The notes: generated by a model not told the origin, from the letters alone. Counted from the stretch's first letter, positions 29,542 to 40,047 are shown. The stretch is DNA of 64,000 nucleotides from a bacterium (GCA_043811375.1 JBDRNJ010000084.1:1-64000), one strand, 5' to 3'. Program-made: numbers and translations.

Positions 29542-29570
29542 AAAATAGCAGTTTTCTCGTTGTTTGTCAA
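29542..29570 (-). promoter_or_regulatory. sigma70-type promoter of the peptide-activator operon
   Basis: Minus strand TTGACA-17 nt-TATTTT with extended -10 TG and an A-tract upstream. Confidence 0.65.
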
Positions 29571-29780
29571 CCGTTTTTTTGCTCTACCGACGATCACACG
29601 ACACCGCTGCACGGTACAGAGAAACAAGTGTGTTGTGCGTCTGGCTTCGAATGGAGAAAATATTTCCCAACCTCCTCTGATGCTGCGTTCAGCTCCAACC
29701 GTTTATAGTATTCGATATGCGACAGGGGGAAAACACTGAGCGCGGCTGCGAGTGTGATTGAAAACTCGTCGATACCACCA

Positions 29781-31082
29781 TCAATACGGGTAGAATATGA
29801 AAAACAGCAGCGACATTCCTCCCAGAACCCACAATCCCGGGCGAATTTCACGCGCTCGGCCGGCCAGCAGTTTTAGCAGAGGGTATGTCACAAAACCGGC
29901 AGTCATGCCGATGCCGAGGTTGTAAGTGAAACTCATCAGCGTGATAATACAGAATACCGGTACCACCTCGGTCAGATCGTTAAATTTGACGTGGGCAATC
30001 GGCGATAACATCAACATACCGACCACCATTAATGCCGGTCCGTAGGCGCAGGATGGTATCGCCGCCACGAACGGCGCTACAAACAAAGCCAGCAGAAACA
30101 AAAAAGCGGTGAACACCGACGTCAGACCCGTCCGGCCGCCGGCCTCGATGCCGGTGGCTGATTCCAGGTAGGTGCCGGAGGTAGTGGTCCCCAGCACGGA
30201 GGCGACGATTGTCGAGACAGAATCGCATAGCATCGGTTTCTCGACCTCGGGGAGATTGCCGTTTTCGTCAAGAAGGTTGGCTTTATACGACAGACCGATC
30301 AGGGTACCGGTGGTATCGACAAAGTCCATGATCAGGATGGTCAGGATAACGGCAAAAAACCCCCAGTGCAGAGCGCCAAAGATATCCAGTTGACAAAAAA
30401 TCGGAGCTAAACCTGGCGGCAGACTAACCCATTCCTGCGGCAGTTGAGCGATTCTGGACAGGAAGGCGGCCAGTGTGACTGCCAGGATACCAATAAGAAT
30501 AGCTCCTTTGACTTTGCGGATCATCAGGAAGCTGATCAACAGAAAGCCGGCGATGGCCAGTATCACCGAACCTTCGTGAAAATCGCCCACATGGACCGGA
30601 GCACCGGCCACACCCACCGTGACGATGCCGGAAGCATTCAGACCGATAAAAGTCAGGAACAATCCCATACCGACGGCAAACCCGATCTTAAGTCCCTCCG
30701 GGATGGCATTGGCCAGCCAGCTGCGAATTTTCAGTATGGTGATCAGCGTAAACAGCACGCCGCTGATAAAAATCGCCCCCAGCGCCGTCTGCCAACTGTA
30801 ACCCAACACTCCCACTACCGTGTACGCAATGAAGGCGTTTTCTACCATATAGGGTGCGATTGCGAAGGGCCGGTTAGCGTAGATTCCCATTGCCAGGGTA
30901 CCGAAAAAAGCACTCAGTATGGTGGCCACCATCGACGGTCCGAAAGGAATCCCGGCTGCTTCGAGGATTTTGGGATTGACGATAATGATGTAGGCCATGG
31001 TAACAAAGGTGGTGGTCCCGGCAATGGCTTCCTGACGAACCGATGACCCCAGTTCGTCGAGTTTGAAGTATTCTCTCAACAT
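29781..31082 (-). CDS. NCS2 family (AzgA/PbuG-like) purine permease
   Basis: AGTTTFVTMAYIIIVNP, DFVDTTGTL and ESATGIEAGGRTGL motifs; multi-TM. Confidence 0.93.
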   Translation of the reverse strand: MLREYFKLDELGSSVRQEAIAGTTTFVTMAYIIIVNPKILEAAGIPFGPSMVATILSAFFGTLAMGIYANRPFAIAPYMVENAFIAYTVVGVLGYSWQTALGAIFISGVLFTLITILKIRSWLANAIPEGLKIGFAVGMGLFLTFIGLNASGIVTVGVAGAPVHVGDFHEGSVILAIAGFLLISFLMIRKVKGAILIGILAVTLAAFLSRIAQLPQEWVSLPPGLAPIFCQLDIFGALHWGFFAVILTILIMDFVDTTGTLIGLSYKANLLDENGNLPEVEKPMLCDSVSTIVASVLGTTTSGTYLESATGIEAGGRTGLTSVFTAFLFLLALFVAPFVAAIPSCAYGPALMVVGMLMLSPIAHVKFNDLTEVVPVFCIITLMSFTYNLGIGMTAGFVTYPLLKLLAGRAREIRPGLWVLGGMSLLFFIFYPY

Positions 31083-31136
31083 ATTTTCATTATCCCCGTC
31101 TGACAGTCGATGGGAGATTCGCTGGTTGGGACCGGA

Positions 31137-32714
31137 CTACCACCACTTCTGCCGGCCGTTTTCGAGCGTGAAGATCCGCTCCTCCTTTCTGGAATCTTTC
31201 GCCACCAGCCAGTACAGACCGCCATCAGGTACATCACACCACTGCAGCGGCTTCTCCCCGGTTATCATGGTACCCAGCGATTGCCAGCCATCATTGAAGA
31301 AAAACAACTCGTACTCGATCCCCACCGACAAATGCGACACTGCCGTCTCCCCGCTATCGCCCGCGCACGACTGCGGATCGGTGGCGGTCAGATTTACTGT
31401 CGCTGTTCGCAGCGTATCTGCCGGCAGGGTCGTGATACGGCCGTCCGGCCCCAGTATGAACGGTGCCGCCAAAGGGATCAGTTTTTCATCGAAATAAATC
31501 GTCGGTAGGTAGACGATATCGGTGCCCATATCGGTAAATGTTACCTGCCCGTCGTTGATCCGTCCCCAGTGAATTGCTCGCCACTCTCCCGAATTGAACA
31601 CGGCCAGATAGGCAAAATTCCGGCCGGCGGCAGCTGTACTGTCGCAGGTGATAGTGACGTCGCTGACGTCGACATAGTCGGCAGTAACATCGATATAGCT
31701 CCTGCCTCCCAGCCAGGGGGGAACGTCTTCATCTTCGTTTTTAAGAAAGGCCAGGTTGCCCGGCTGATGTGCAAACATTTTGCGATATACCTTAGCGATA
31801 CGATGACCCAGCCGGTACTCACCGGGGTTGGCTTCGGCGCCCATAAACGGTATGGCCCGACCGTCCGGTGTCAGGATGGCATTCCAGGCATGGTTGTTGC
31901 CGGCGTTGGCCCAGGCGGGAGTGTAATCGCTGGTGACGGCCAGCCCGTTGGCCCTCATGGCATATATGGTCAGGTTGGTCATGTCCTCACAGCGCCCCAT
32001 CTGATTGGTCACCATTTCACTCAGACCCTGGTCGGTAGGATGGCAGTAGAACCGCTCATCGAATCTGAACCAGGACTTGATATCGCTGTTTATCAACTGA
32101 GCGGCTTCGACAGGATCGTGCGGGTCTTGCATCTGCTGTTTTAGTCCTTCGTAGCGCTGCCAGCAGGATTGACGCCAGGACTGAAGCGGCTCGCCGCTGC
32201 CGCGATACGGCAGAACGTAGGCGCAAAAATCATTAAATGACAGATGGCGGCTCCATGGTTTCTCATGCCAGGCTTTAAGCGCCCAGGTGATATTCTCGAT
32301 GAGGTACTGCGAGGTGATGACATCGATATCCATTATCGAATCTTTTTTCTTAAAATCGAGCTCACCTCGTCGGCTTTCGATATCATCCAGAGCCTTAATC
32401 AATGTTTGATAATCGGGGTAGTCCAGGACATCCAGAGAGACTTCGGAGTGGCTGCTGTCATAGAGAGCATACACCGTATAGCGGTGTCCTTCCAGGTTAC
32501 CGATCAGATATTGGGCAGAGGCCAGCCCCATCGAATCGCCTTGCTGTTGAAAATAGGTCAGGGTTTTCTGAAGTTCACCCCGGTTGTCTCTTGCCTTTTC
32601 AAGCACTTTTTCAATTTCCGCCGGGTACTCCGCAGAGCGGGTCTGAACGCAGGCGGTACCGAAAACTACTGCCAGAAACAGCAGAACGGGCGCCATTTGT
32701 ATTCGATTTGCCAT
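31137..32714 (-). CDS. Transglutaminase-like domain lipoprotein
   Basis: Lipobox-like GTAC, F..YVLPYR, GRCEDM (Cys), NHAWN (His) and AKVYR. Confidence 0.85.
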   Translation of the reverse strand: MANRIQMAPVLLFLAVVFGTACVQTRSAEYPAEIEKVLEKARDNRGELQKTLTYFQQQGDSMGLASAQYLIGNLEGHRYTVYALYDSSHSEVSLDVLDYPDYQTLIKALDDIESRRGELDFKKKDSIMDIDVITSQYLIENITWALKAWHEKPWSRHLSFNDFCAYVLPYRGSGEPLQSWRQSCWQRYEGLKQQMQDPHDPVEAAQLINSDIKSWFRFDERFYCHPTDQGLSEMVTNQMGRCEDMTNLTIYAMRANGLAVTSDYTPAWANAGNNHAWNAILTPDGRAIPFMGAEANPGEYRLGHRIAKVYRKMFAHQPGNLAFLKNEDEDVPPWLGGRSYIDVTADYVDVSDVTITCDSTAAAGRNFAYLAVFNSGEWRAIHWGRINDGQVTFTDMGTDIVYLPTIYFDEKLIPLAAPFILGPDGRITTLPADTLRTATVNLTATDPQSCAGDSGETAVSHLSVGIEYELFFFNDGWQSLGTMITGEKPLQWCDVPDGGLYWLVAKDSRKEERIFTLENGRQKWW

Positions 32715-32962
32715 CAGGAACTCCGGTTATCAGTTAATGGTTACTCAATATAGGACAACGAATTGGGCAATCCAACAGGGAAATTGCCCCGGCCGGCTGA
32801 GACCGATTCTGACCCGGCCCGGTCATTAAACTAAACACCACCGGCCGATGATACGTTTATAATATACTGGTGGGCCGGGTGTTGTTGTGGTCTGCCCGGT
32901 TCCCCGTGTCTAACAAACAGCAGCGCTGTCCGGATTGCTTAGGCTGGGGGAGGTTGGCGTAA

Positions 32963-34459
32963 TTGTTGCGAACAGTTGCAGAAACAGGTGAGGTCGCTGT
33001 GTGTTGTTTTAGACGGTGGTTGAGGTATTCGGCGAGCCTGGGGTTCTTATTGTACCTGGTATCGTGCAGCGGGGATATCAATGTTACCACCGCTCCGGAA
33101 GTTGTATGGACCGATCCCTCTAACGGTGCTCAGAATGTCTCGCTCTCCACGCCAATCCGGGTCGGTTTCTCAAGAGTCATGGACCCGGCCACCATTAGCG
33201 TGACCACGTTCACGCTCGACAACAACGCCTACGGGGTGGTGGAACAGTTGGGAACGACGGCCACTTTCACACCGATCAAGAGATTCAAGCTGAACACGAC
33301 CTATACCGTAACGATTACCACCGGAGTACGTGATCGGGATGGAAATCCGCTGGAAGTGGCCCATGTCTGGCATTTCCACACGGTACCGCCGGCCCCGGCA
33401 GTGAGCCGTTTCAATCCTGACAGCGGCCGCGCCGGTTGCATCATTACGATCTACGGCGCCAATTTTTCAGACAATCCGGTGGGTAACAGTGTTCGCTTTA
33501 ATGGGGTCCAGGCGACGATTATCTCAGCATCTCCCACAGAGATCAGGGCCGAGGTACCCCTTGGCGCCGCCACCGGTCCGATCACCGTGGCTACAGCCGG
33601 GGGACGCACCGTTTCGGGAATCTTCTATGTGATCCGGCCCGGTGAGATATGGGAAGCGGTGTCGTCCGGCGTCATCAGTTCACTGGCTGGTGTGACCTGG
33701 ACGGGTTCGCGGTTTATTGCCGTTGGGGTTGCCGGCACTATCCTGACGTCGCCGGATGGCGTCACGTGGACAAAACAGGTATCCGGGACTCTTCATGGTC
33801 TGAATGATGTCTCCCGGTCGGGTGATCGGGTGGTAGCTGTTGGCGATGTCGGTGAGGTTCTTTCCTCCCCAGATGGCATCGAATGGGAGCGGAGTGAGTC
33901 ACCGACTCGTTCTTCTCTGTTTGCAGTAACCTGGACCGGTAAAGTATTCCTGGCTGTTGGGGCTGACGGTGCTATTCTGGCCTCGGAACAGGGGCGGGAA
34001 TGGGTATCCCTGTATTCGCAAACTTATGACTGGCTGTACGATGTGGCTGTCCGGGGTGATTTGCTGGCGGTTTGTGGACACTCCGGTGTTATCCGTACGT
34101 CCCGCGATGGTATTCTGTGGGTTCCGCGTGAGTCCGGCACTAGGGCCACTCTGCTGGGGGTAACTGTAACTGAAACCGTCCTGGCGGTGGTCGGACATAA
34201 CGGCACCATTCTGACATCAACGGATGGCCAGGTTTGGGTGGCGCGCCAGTCACAAACATCCAGCCATCTGGGCGGTCTGGCCTGGTCGGGAGAGATGTTT
34301 GCAACCGTTGGGCTTGGCGGAATCGTGCTGACGTCACCTGAAGGGATCAACTGGACTGCTCGCATTTCGCCTACCACCGCCGATCTGACCGATCTGGCCT
34401 GGTCCGGTACCAGGTTTGTGGCAGTCGGCTACCACGGCGCCATTATCACTTCTTATTGA
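32963..34459 (+). CDS. Surface lipoprotein: Ig-like (Big_5) + IPT/TIG + Asp-box beta-propeller
   Basis: LVSC lipobox, P.NGA.NV...I.V.FS..MD, ITIYGANF...V.FNG, and repeats of VAVGxxGTILTSPDGxxW. Start codon uncertain. Confidence 0.82.
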   Translation: MLRTVAETGEVAVCCFRRWLRYSASLGFLLYLVSCSGDINVTTAPEVVWTDPSNGAQNVSLSTPIRVGFSRVMDPATISVTTFTLDNNAYGVVEQLGTTATFTPIKRFKLNTTYTVTITTGVRDRDGNPLEVAHVWHFHTVPPAPAVSRFNPDSGRAGCIITIYGANFSDNPVGNSVRFNGVQATIISASPTEIRAEVPLGAATGPITVATAGGRTVSGIFYVIRPGEIWEAVSSGVISSLAGVTWTGSRFIAVGVAGTILTSPDGVTWTKQVSGTLHGLNDVSRSGDRVVAVGDVGEVLSSPDGIEWERSESPTRSSLFAVTWTGKVFLAVGADGAILASEQGREWVSLYSQTYDWLYDVAVRGDLLAVCGHSGVIRTSRDGILWVPRESGTRATLLGVTVTETVLAVVGHNGTILTSTDGQVWVARQSQTSSHLGGLAWSGEMFATVGLGGIVLTSPEGINWTARISPTTADLTDLAWSGTRFVAVGYHGAIITSY

Positions 34460-34596
34460 ACCAAACAAGCATCCCGGTATTGGATTTCAATTGAACCTGA
34501 TTAACACTCAAGCTATATTCGGTCGGTAGAGATTTGTGATTTGTTGCAGCCCGGTGCCGCAGCCGAAACTTCGGCACCGCGCAGAAGGAGATTTTT

Positions 34597-36402
34597 ATGT
34601 TCCCCACCAGACGATTATTGACCGGGTTGGCCGTGCTCGTTTTGTTGCTGATGATCGGCTCATGTGATAGTGATGAGACTACCGAACCGACCGTTGTTGA
34701 GGCTGGAGATTACTGGTATCTCAACGCCACCGGCACCAGCGCCTATCTCTTCGATTTGGCATACTCGGGCAATCGCTATGTTTGCGTGGGAGAAGGCGGA
34801 GTCATTGTGACCTCGCCCGACGGCACGGTCTGGACGATGCGACCCTCGCCCACTACCGAGGATATGCTGGGAATCACCTGGGCCGATTCATTATTCGTTG
34901 CTGTCGGTGACGGCGGGACTATTATCACTTCACCAGACGGCCTCACCTTCGCGGAAGTATCATCGCCGACCTCCAAGTGGCTGTATCGTATCGCCGCTTC
35001 TGAAGCCGGGTTGGTGGCGGTGGGCCAGGACGGAACCATTATTACATCCGCCGATGGCCTGAGTTGGGACTCCGTGATTACGGTCCGGGACACTTTTGTT
35101 TTCGGAGACGTCACGGTGGACACGGCCATCAACTCCAATCTCTATGGCGTCACCTGGGCTGACAGCCATTTTGTGATAGTCGGCGGTGGTGTGGCGCTGC
35201 AGTCACCCGACGGTGAGAGTTTCAGCGTCGTCAACTCCGACCTGGGGCGCTACTTCTATGGTGTCGCCCGGTCTGACACCCAGTATGTCATCGCCGGGCA
35301 GGATGGGTCTATCCTCAGTTCTCCTGATCTGAGCCTGCCGGATTCCATCCGCTGGAAGAAGCAGATGCTCGGCTTGCGTATCAACTTTCTTGATGCTGCC
35401 GCGACTGATTCACAGTTCGTGGTGGTCGGCGAGCATGGCGCTATCGTGTCCTCACCCGACGGCGAAACCTGGACCTGGAGCGACTCTCCGTATCCCTTCC
35501 ACCTGCGCGGCGTGGAATGGACCGACGATCATTTCACTGCCGTGGGATTGGATGGAACAATCCTCACATCGCCCGACGGCCGCGCGTGGACCCGTTGGCC
35601 CTCCGGACCGACGACAATGCTCTACAATGCTACAGCTTCTGATTCGCTGCTGGTGGCGGTCGGTGACAGCGGTACTATCATGACCTCGGCCGATGGCTCC
35701 GTCTGGACCCGGCAAACGCCGGTCACCGGCGATTCACTGATGGGAGTGGCCTGCTCTTCAGATCGCTACCTGGCGGTGAGTGCCGGTGGTTTAATTGTTT
35801 CCTCGCTCGACGGGGTGGACTGGACGGTTGTCGATTCCCTGGTCGGCGGCCAGCTAAACGACATTGTCTGGTCGGGATCAGAGTTTATGTCGGTGGGGGG
35901 GCAGGGCACGGTAGTCACTTCGGGCGATGGTATTACCTTCGACAGCGCCAACGCCGGAACGTCACTAAACCTCTACGATGTTATCTGGTCCGACACTCAA
36001 TACGTAGCTGTTGGTGCTGACGGTATTATCATGACTTCACCCGACGGCAATACCTGGATCGAGTGGATCAGGCCGGCCGTTCTGCCCGATTTGCATGGTG
36101 TGGCGGCGGCTCCCGGGAAGCTGGTGGCGGTGGGTGACAGCGGCACGGTGCGTCTTTCCGTCGACCAGGGTATCAGTTGGAATTTGCAGGCAGTGCCCAC
36201 GGCGGAGAACCTCCGGGCGGTTACCTGGTCCGGCAGCAGATTTGTGGCTGTGGGAGCGCTGGGAACGGTTCTGGTGTCGTCCGACGGTATAAACTGGGTG
36301 GTGAAAACATCGGCGGTGACTGTCAGGCTGAATGATGTCATCTGGACTTCCGAACGGTTCCTGGCTGTCGGAGCCTACAATGTTATTTTATCCTCTCAGT
36401 AG
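34597..36402 (+). CDS. Lipoprotein made of ~14 Asp-box (BNR/YCF48-like) repeats, likely a double beta-propeller
   Basis: IGSC lipobox and ~40-aa repeats of VAVGxxGTIxTSxDGxxW. AAGGAG RBS. Confidence 0.88.
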   Translation: MFPTRRLLTGLAVLVLLLMIGSCDSDETTEPTVVEAGDYWYLNATGTSAYLFDLAYSGNRYVCVGEGGVIVTSPDGTVWTMRPSPTTEDMLGITWADSLFVAVGDGGTIITSPDGLTFAEVSSPTSKWLYRIAASEAGLVAVGQDGTIITSADGLSWDSVITVRDTFVFGDVTVDTAINSNLYGVTWADSHFVIVGGGVALQSPDGESFSVVNSDLGRYFYGVARSDTQYVIAGQDGSILSSPDLSLPDSIRWKKQMLGLRINFLDAAATDSQFVVVGEHGAIVSSPDGETWTWSDSPYPFHLRGVEWTDDHFTAVGLDGTILTSPDGRAWTRWPSGPTTMLYNATASDSLLVAVGDSGTIMTSADGSVWTRQTPVTGDSLMGVACSSDRYLAVSAGGLIVSSLDGVDWTVVDSLVGGQLNDIVWSGSEFMSVGGQGTVVTSGDGITFDSANAGTSLNLYDVIWSDTQYVAVGADGIIMTSPDGNTWIEWIRPAVLPDLHGVAAAPGKLVAVGDSGTVRLSVDQGISWNLQAVPTAENLRAVTWSGSRFVAVGALGTVLVSSDGINWVVKTSAVTVRLNDVIWTSERFLAVGAYNVILSSQ

Positions 36403-36414
36403 CGATTTGTTATT

Positions 36415-37200
36415 ATGATCCGGATGCAAATGATAATCCTGCTGTTGATATGGTTCGGTGGCAGGACACTGGTGTTTGGTGTCGAAACCGAACCGTCTAC
36501 CGCTGTAAGGGATACTCTGGTTGCGGCCGATGAAGGCCGCCCGCCGTACGTCATTAGTATTGGGCACAGAAAAATTTCACAGGGAACGATTGAGGATACA
36601 ATTGGTGTCCGGCTCAAATCGGGCAGTCGGGAACTGGCTGCCTTTGACCTGAAGCTGGCTTTAAGCAGCCGCCTGATCAATATCGACACGGTACTACCGG
36701 GAGAGATTCCCGACTCCTGTGGCTGGGAGCTTTTCCGTGCCCGTCGTCTTGAAAATACCCCCGATACCGACTTTCCGCAACAGGTCTGGAGGATTGTGGC
36801 GCTGGCTCGGACGAGCCCATCAGGTGACGGACCGAACTGTTTGGGTCTCGACAGGGATGCCTCCCTGCTGAGATTGGTGATATCCAGTCCGCCTCTGGCG
36901 ATGGTGCCCGATACCGTCATAGAGATTTTCTTTTTCTGGGAAAACTGCTCCGATAACACCATCGCCGGCCCGGACGGTGATACGCTGGCTGTCTCGGTCG
37001 CTGTCTTTGATAACCAGGACGGCAATAATCAGGAGGAATTGGCGGATTTTCCCTGCCGAACCGGAACACCCCGGCACTGTATCGATCCCACCGTTCGCAA
37101 CCAGCCCCAACGCTGGATCAATTTCCATAACGGTGCCGTTGAATTTCGATTCGACTTTGGCCAAAGCGGAGCAGATACGTCCGACACGACAGATCGTTAG
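36415..37200 (+). CDS. Secreted hypothetical protein (cohesin-like beta-sandwich, Cys pairs)
   Basis: Signal peptide, LAAFDLKL, DSCGWELF, FFWENCSDNTI and INFHNGAV segments. Confidence 0.7.
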   Translation: MIRMQMIILLLIWFGGRTLVFGVETEPSTAVRDTLVAADEGRPPYVISIGHRKISQGTIEDTIGVRLKSGSRELAAFDLKLALSSRLINIDTVLPGEIPDSCGWELFRARRLENTPDTDFPQQVWRIVALARTSPSGDGPNCLGLDRDASLLRLVISSPPLAMVPDTVIEIFFFWENCSDNTIAGPDGDTLAVSVAVFDNQDGNNQEELADFPCRTGTPRHCIDPTVRNQPQRWINFHNGAVEFRFDFGQSGADTSDTTDR

Positions 37201-37280
37201 ACGGTCCCGAGGGCCGATAACATCAGACGCTGTCGCTTTTTTCACTTGCACAGTATCAACCGCGCCGATTACTTGTCGTT

Positions 37281-37646
37281 ATGCCTCGTCGTGTCAGACA
37301 GTCCCGGTCTCTGCTGACTCCTCTGGCGGAGAACCTGGTGCGCCGGTTCGCCTCGACGGACACCCGACTGCGGCGTCAGGTGGTCAGGTATGCCTTCTGG
37401 ATGCTGGGACTGTTGTTCGGATGTTCGCTGATGATCGGTTCCTACAGCCTGCCGAGAATTGTCCGCCTGGAACTTGAGAAAAGATCGTTGGTAACGGCCA
37501 ACCGCCAACTGACGATTGAGCTCGTTGATTCCCATCGTATAAAAAGAATGCTTCAGTACGATCCCGTCTACCTGGAGTATGTCGCCCGCACCCGGTATCG
37601 GATGGCTCGACCCGGCGAAACAATATATCGATACCGCGGTCAGTAA
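37281..37646 (+). CDS. ftsB: Septum formation initiator (FtsB/DivIC family)
   Basis: Single TM, coiled coil and DPVYLEYVARTRYRMARPGETIY. Confidence 0.8.
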   Translation: MPRRVRQSRSLLTPLAENLVRRFASTDTRLRRQVVRYAFWMLGLLFGCSLMIGSYSLPRIVRLELEKRSLVTANRQLTIELVDSHRIKRMLQYDPVYLEYVARTRYRMARPGETIYRYRGQ

Positions 37647-37650
37647 GACC

Positions 37651-38466
37651 ATGGCTCTGCAAAAAACCGAGGCGGTCATCCTGAGGTCCGTCAACTACTC
37701 GGAATCATCTCGCATGGTGGAAGTGTTCAGTTGCCACCACGGCAAGATGACTCTGGTCGATAAGGGCGGCCGACGATTGGCTTCCAAAAGAGGTCGTCTG
37801 GTGCCGTTTGCCCGAATGGAGATCACTTACTACAAATCCCGCGCTGCCTCGGCCGGATACATCTCAGACTCGGAACTGCTGGAACTTTTTGGTTTCGAAA
37901 AGGAAGGCACTATGGGGCGCCTGGCCTACGCCTCGGCCGCCTGCGAGTTGCTGCATCACCTGCTCTCCGAAGGTCAGCCCCAGCCAACTTTATATAATTT
38001 CTTTATCGTTTTTTTGAAACTTACCGAGGCAGCCGACAAGAGTTCGCTGCCGCCGTTGTTCCTGGCCTTCTTTCTGCAATTGCTGGTGCACCTGGGATAC
38101 GGCCCCGCCGTGGCCAACTGCGTGGGATGTGGCCAATCAGCGGCAATCGCCGGTGAGGGAAACCAGCCGTTAGGGTTCTGTTCGCAACGTGGCGGCTTTG
38201 TCTGTGATACTTGCCAAAACCCCGGTGATGACTATATTGCCATTCCCGGTGAGGCTATGTCGCGGTTAGCGGTGCTGCAACAGACATCGCTTGCCCAGGC
38301 AGCTGCCATGCCGATGGGTTACAATGAGGTAAGCTACCTTCTGGAGGTACTGGTCAAGTTTATAAACTACCAGACCGGTACGGTTTCCCGTTTGAAGTCG
38401 CTGGAGTTTCTTCAGAAACTTAGAGACCACGTCCGGAAGCATGAAAAAGGAAACACTCAGACATGA
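37651..38466 (+). CDS. recO: DNA repair protein RecO
   Basis: MALQKTEAVILRSVNYSESS, LGYGP and CVGC...CDTC zinc finger. Start reassigned to ATG 37651. Confidence 0.9.
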   Translation: MALQKTEAVILRSVNYSESSRMVEVFSCHHGKMTLVDKGGRRLASKRGRLVPFARMEITYYKSRAASAGYISDSELLELFGFEKEGTMGRLAYASAACELLHHLLSEGQPQPTLYNFFIVFLKLTEAADKSSLPPLFLAFFLQLLVHLGYGPAVANCVGCGQSAAIAGEGNQPLGFCSQRGGFVCDTCQNPGDDYIAIPGEAMSRLAVLQQTSLAQAAAMPMGYNEVSYLLEVLVKFINYQTGTVSRLKSLEFLQKLRDHVRKHEKGNTQT

Positions 38467-39803
38467 GCGCAAAGAAAAACTCCAACGATCTCATGGACAA
38501 ACTCGTCTCGCTGTGCAAGCGGCGCGGATACGTTTTTCCATCATCCGAAATCTATGGTGGCCTGACCTCCTGCTGGGACTATGGCCCGCTGGGAGCCGAG
38601 TTGAAACGCAACCTGAAGAACTTCTGGTGGGATGCCATGACCAACCGGCGGGACGACATCGAGGGACTGAATGCCGCCATTTTGATGCATCCCCAGGTGT
38701 GGCATACCTCCGGCCACGTCACGGAGTTTAACGATCCGATGGTCGACTGCAAAACCTGTAAGGCGCGTTTTCGGGCCGACCGGCTGGAGCAGAGCCGTTG
38801 TCCGCAAAAGCCCTCCAAGTCGCCCCTTGAATGTGGTGGTGAACTTACCGAGGCCCGGCAGTTTAACCTGATGTTCAAGACCTTCATGGGACCGGTCGAG
38901 GACAGCACCAACGTGATTTTCCTGCGTCCTGAGACGGCCCAGGGTATCTATGTCAATTTTCTCAACGTGAAAAACTCTTCACGGCAGAAAATTCCTTTTG
39001 GTATCGCCCAGATCGGCAAGGCTTTCCGCAACGAAATCACACCGGGCAATTTTATTTTTCGTACCCGGGAGTTCGAACAGATGGAGATGCAGTTCTTCGT
39101 GCACCCCTCTGAAGACGAGAAATGGTATGACTACTGGCGGGAACAACGTTGGCAGTGGTACCAGGACCTGGGCATCAATTCCGACAAACTGCGCTGGCAT
39201 GAGCACGGCCCGGACGAACTGGCCCATTATGCCAGGGCGGCTTTTGATATCGAATATCAATTCCCGTTCGGCTGGGATGAACTGGAAGGTGTCCACAACC
39301 GGACCGACTTCGACCTCAGCCGCCACATCGAAGCCACCGGCAAGGACATGAGCTACCGGGATGACCGCTTCCCGGAGAAGTTCATCCCTTTCATTATCGA
39401 GACCTCGGCCGGTTGTGACCGGACACTGCTGACGCTGCTGATAGATGCTTACGATGAGGTGGAGATCAAGGGTGAAAAGCGCGTTTTCCTGCGCCTGTCA
39501 CCAAAAATCGCCCCCATCAAGGTGGCGGTTTTCCCACTGGTCAAAAAAGACGGCATGCCCGAATTCGCTCAGAAGACCTATCAGGAACTCAAACGCCGTT
39601 TCAAGACTTTCTATGACATATCGGGCGCCATCGGTCGCCGCTATGCCCGGATGGACGAGGCCGGCTGCCCCTTCTGCGTGACGGTCGACGGACAGACCCT
39701 CCAGGACGAAACGATGACCGTCCGTGACCGCGACAGCATGGAGCAGTCGCGAATGAAGCTGCCTCAGTTGATTACTTTTCTGGAGGAGAAAATCCGAGGA
39801 TAG
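38463..39803 (+). CDS. glyQS: Glycine--tRNA ligase (alpha2 type)
   Basis: CKRRGYVF, DYGPLG, LRPETAQG, FRNEITP, REFEQME and IGRRYAR motifs. Confidence 0.97.
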   Translation: MSAKKNSNDLMDKLVSLCKRRGYVFPSSEIYGGLTSCWDYGPLGAELKRNLKNFWWDAMTNRRDDIEGLNAAILMHPQVWHTSGHVTEFNDPMVDCKTCKARFRADRLEQSRCPQKPSKSPLECGGELTEARQFNLMFKTFMGPVEDSTNVIFLRPETAQGIYVNFLNVKNSSRQKIPFGIAQIGKAFRNEITPGNFIFRTREFEQMEMQFFVHPSEDEKWYDYWREQRWQWYQDLGINSDKLRWHEHGPDELAHYARAAFDIEYQFPFGWDELEGVHNRTDFDLSRHIEATGKDMSYRDDRFPEKFIPFIIETSAGCDRTLLTLLIDAYDEVEIKGEKRVFLRLSPKIAPIKVAVFPLVKKDGMPEFAQKTYQELKRRFKTFYDISGAIGRRYARMDEAGCPFCVTVDGQTLQDETMTVRDRDSMEQSRMKLPQLITFLEEKIRG

Positions 39804-40047
39804 CCACGTAGATGTCGTCTCAAAAGGTGATGATTCAGCCCGCGCAGAGTGGGGGCTTGTCTCCCACCAATAGAAGTGGCGATGCCGGCAGCGAACACAA
39901 TAAATGTGCCCTCGGCACCCGCTTAGCGATATAGAGCAGTAGTGGCTTGTCACCCTGCTGCTACACGGGGTTGGCTAATCGCAGTTTCGTATAGTGTGAG
40001 TAGTGAAATGGCCGGGAATCTACTTTTAAGACAGCTTCAGGCTGGTT

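Noticed and set aside
32963..36402. Internal DNA-level repetition as a DGR or tandem DNA repeat
   Set aside because: Similarity is at the protein-repeat level only. There is no near-identical template/variable pair and no reverse transcriptase.
37579..37650. N-terminal extension of recO
   Set aside because: It overlaps ftsB; the RecO family sequence starts at ATG 37651.
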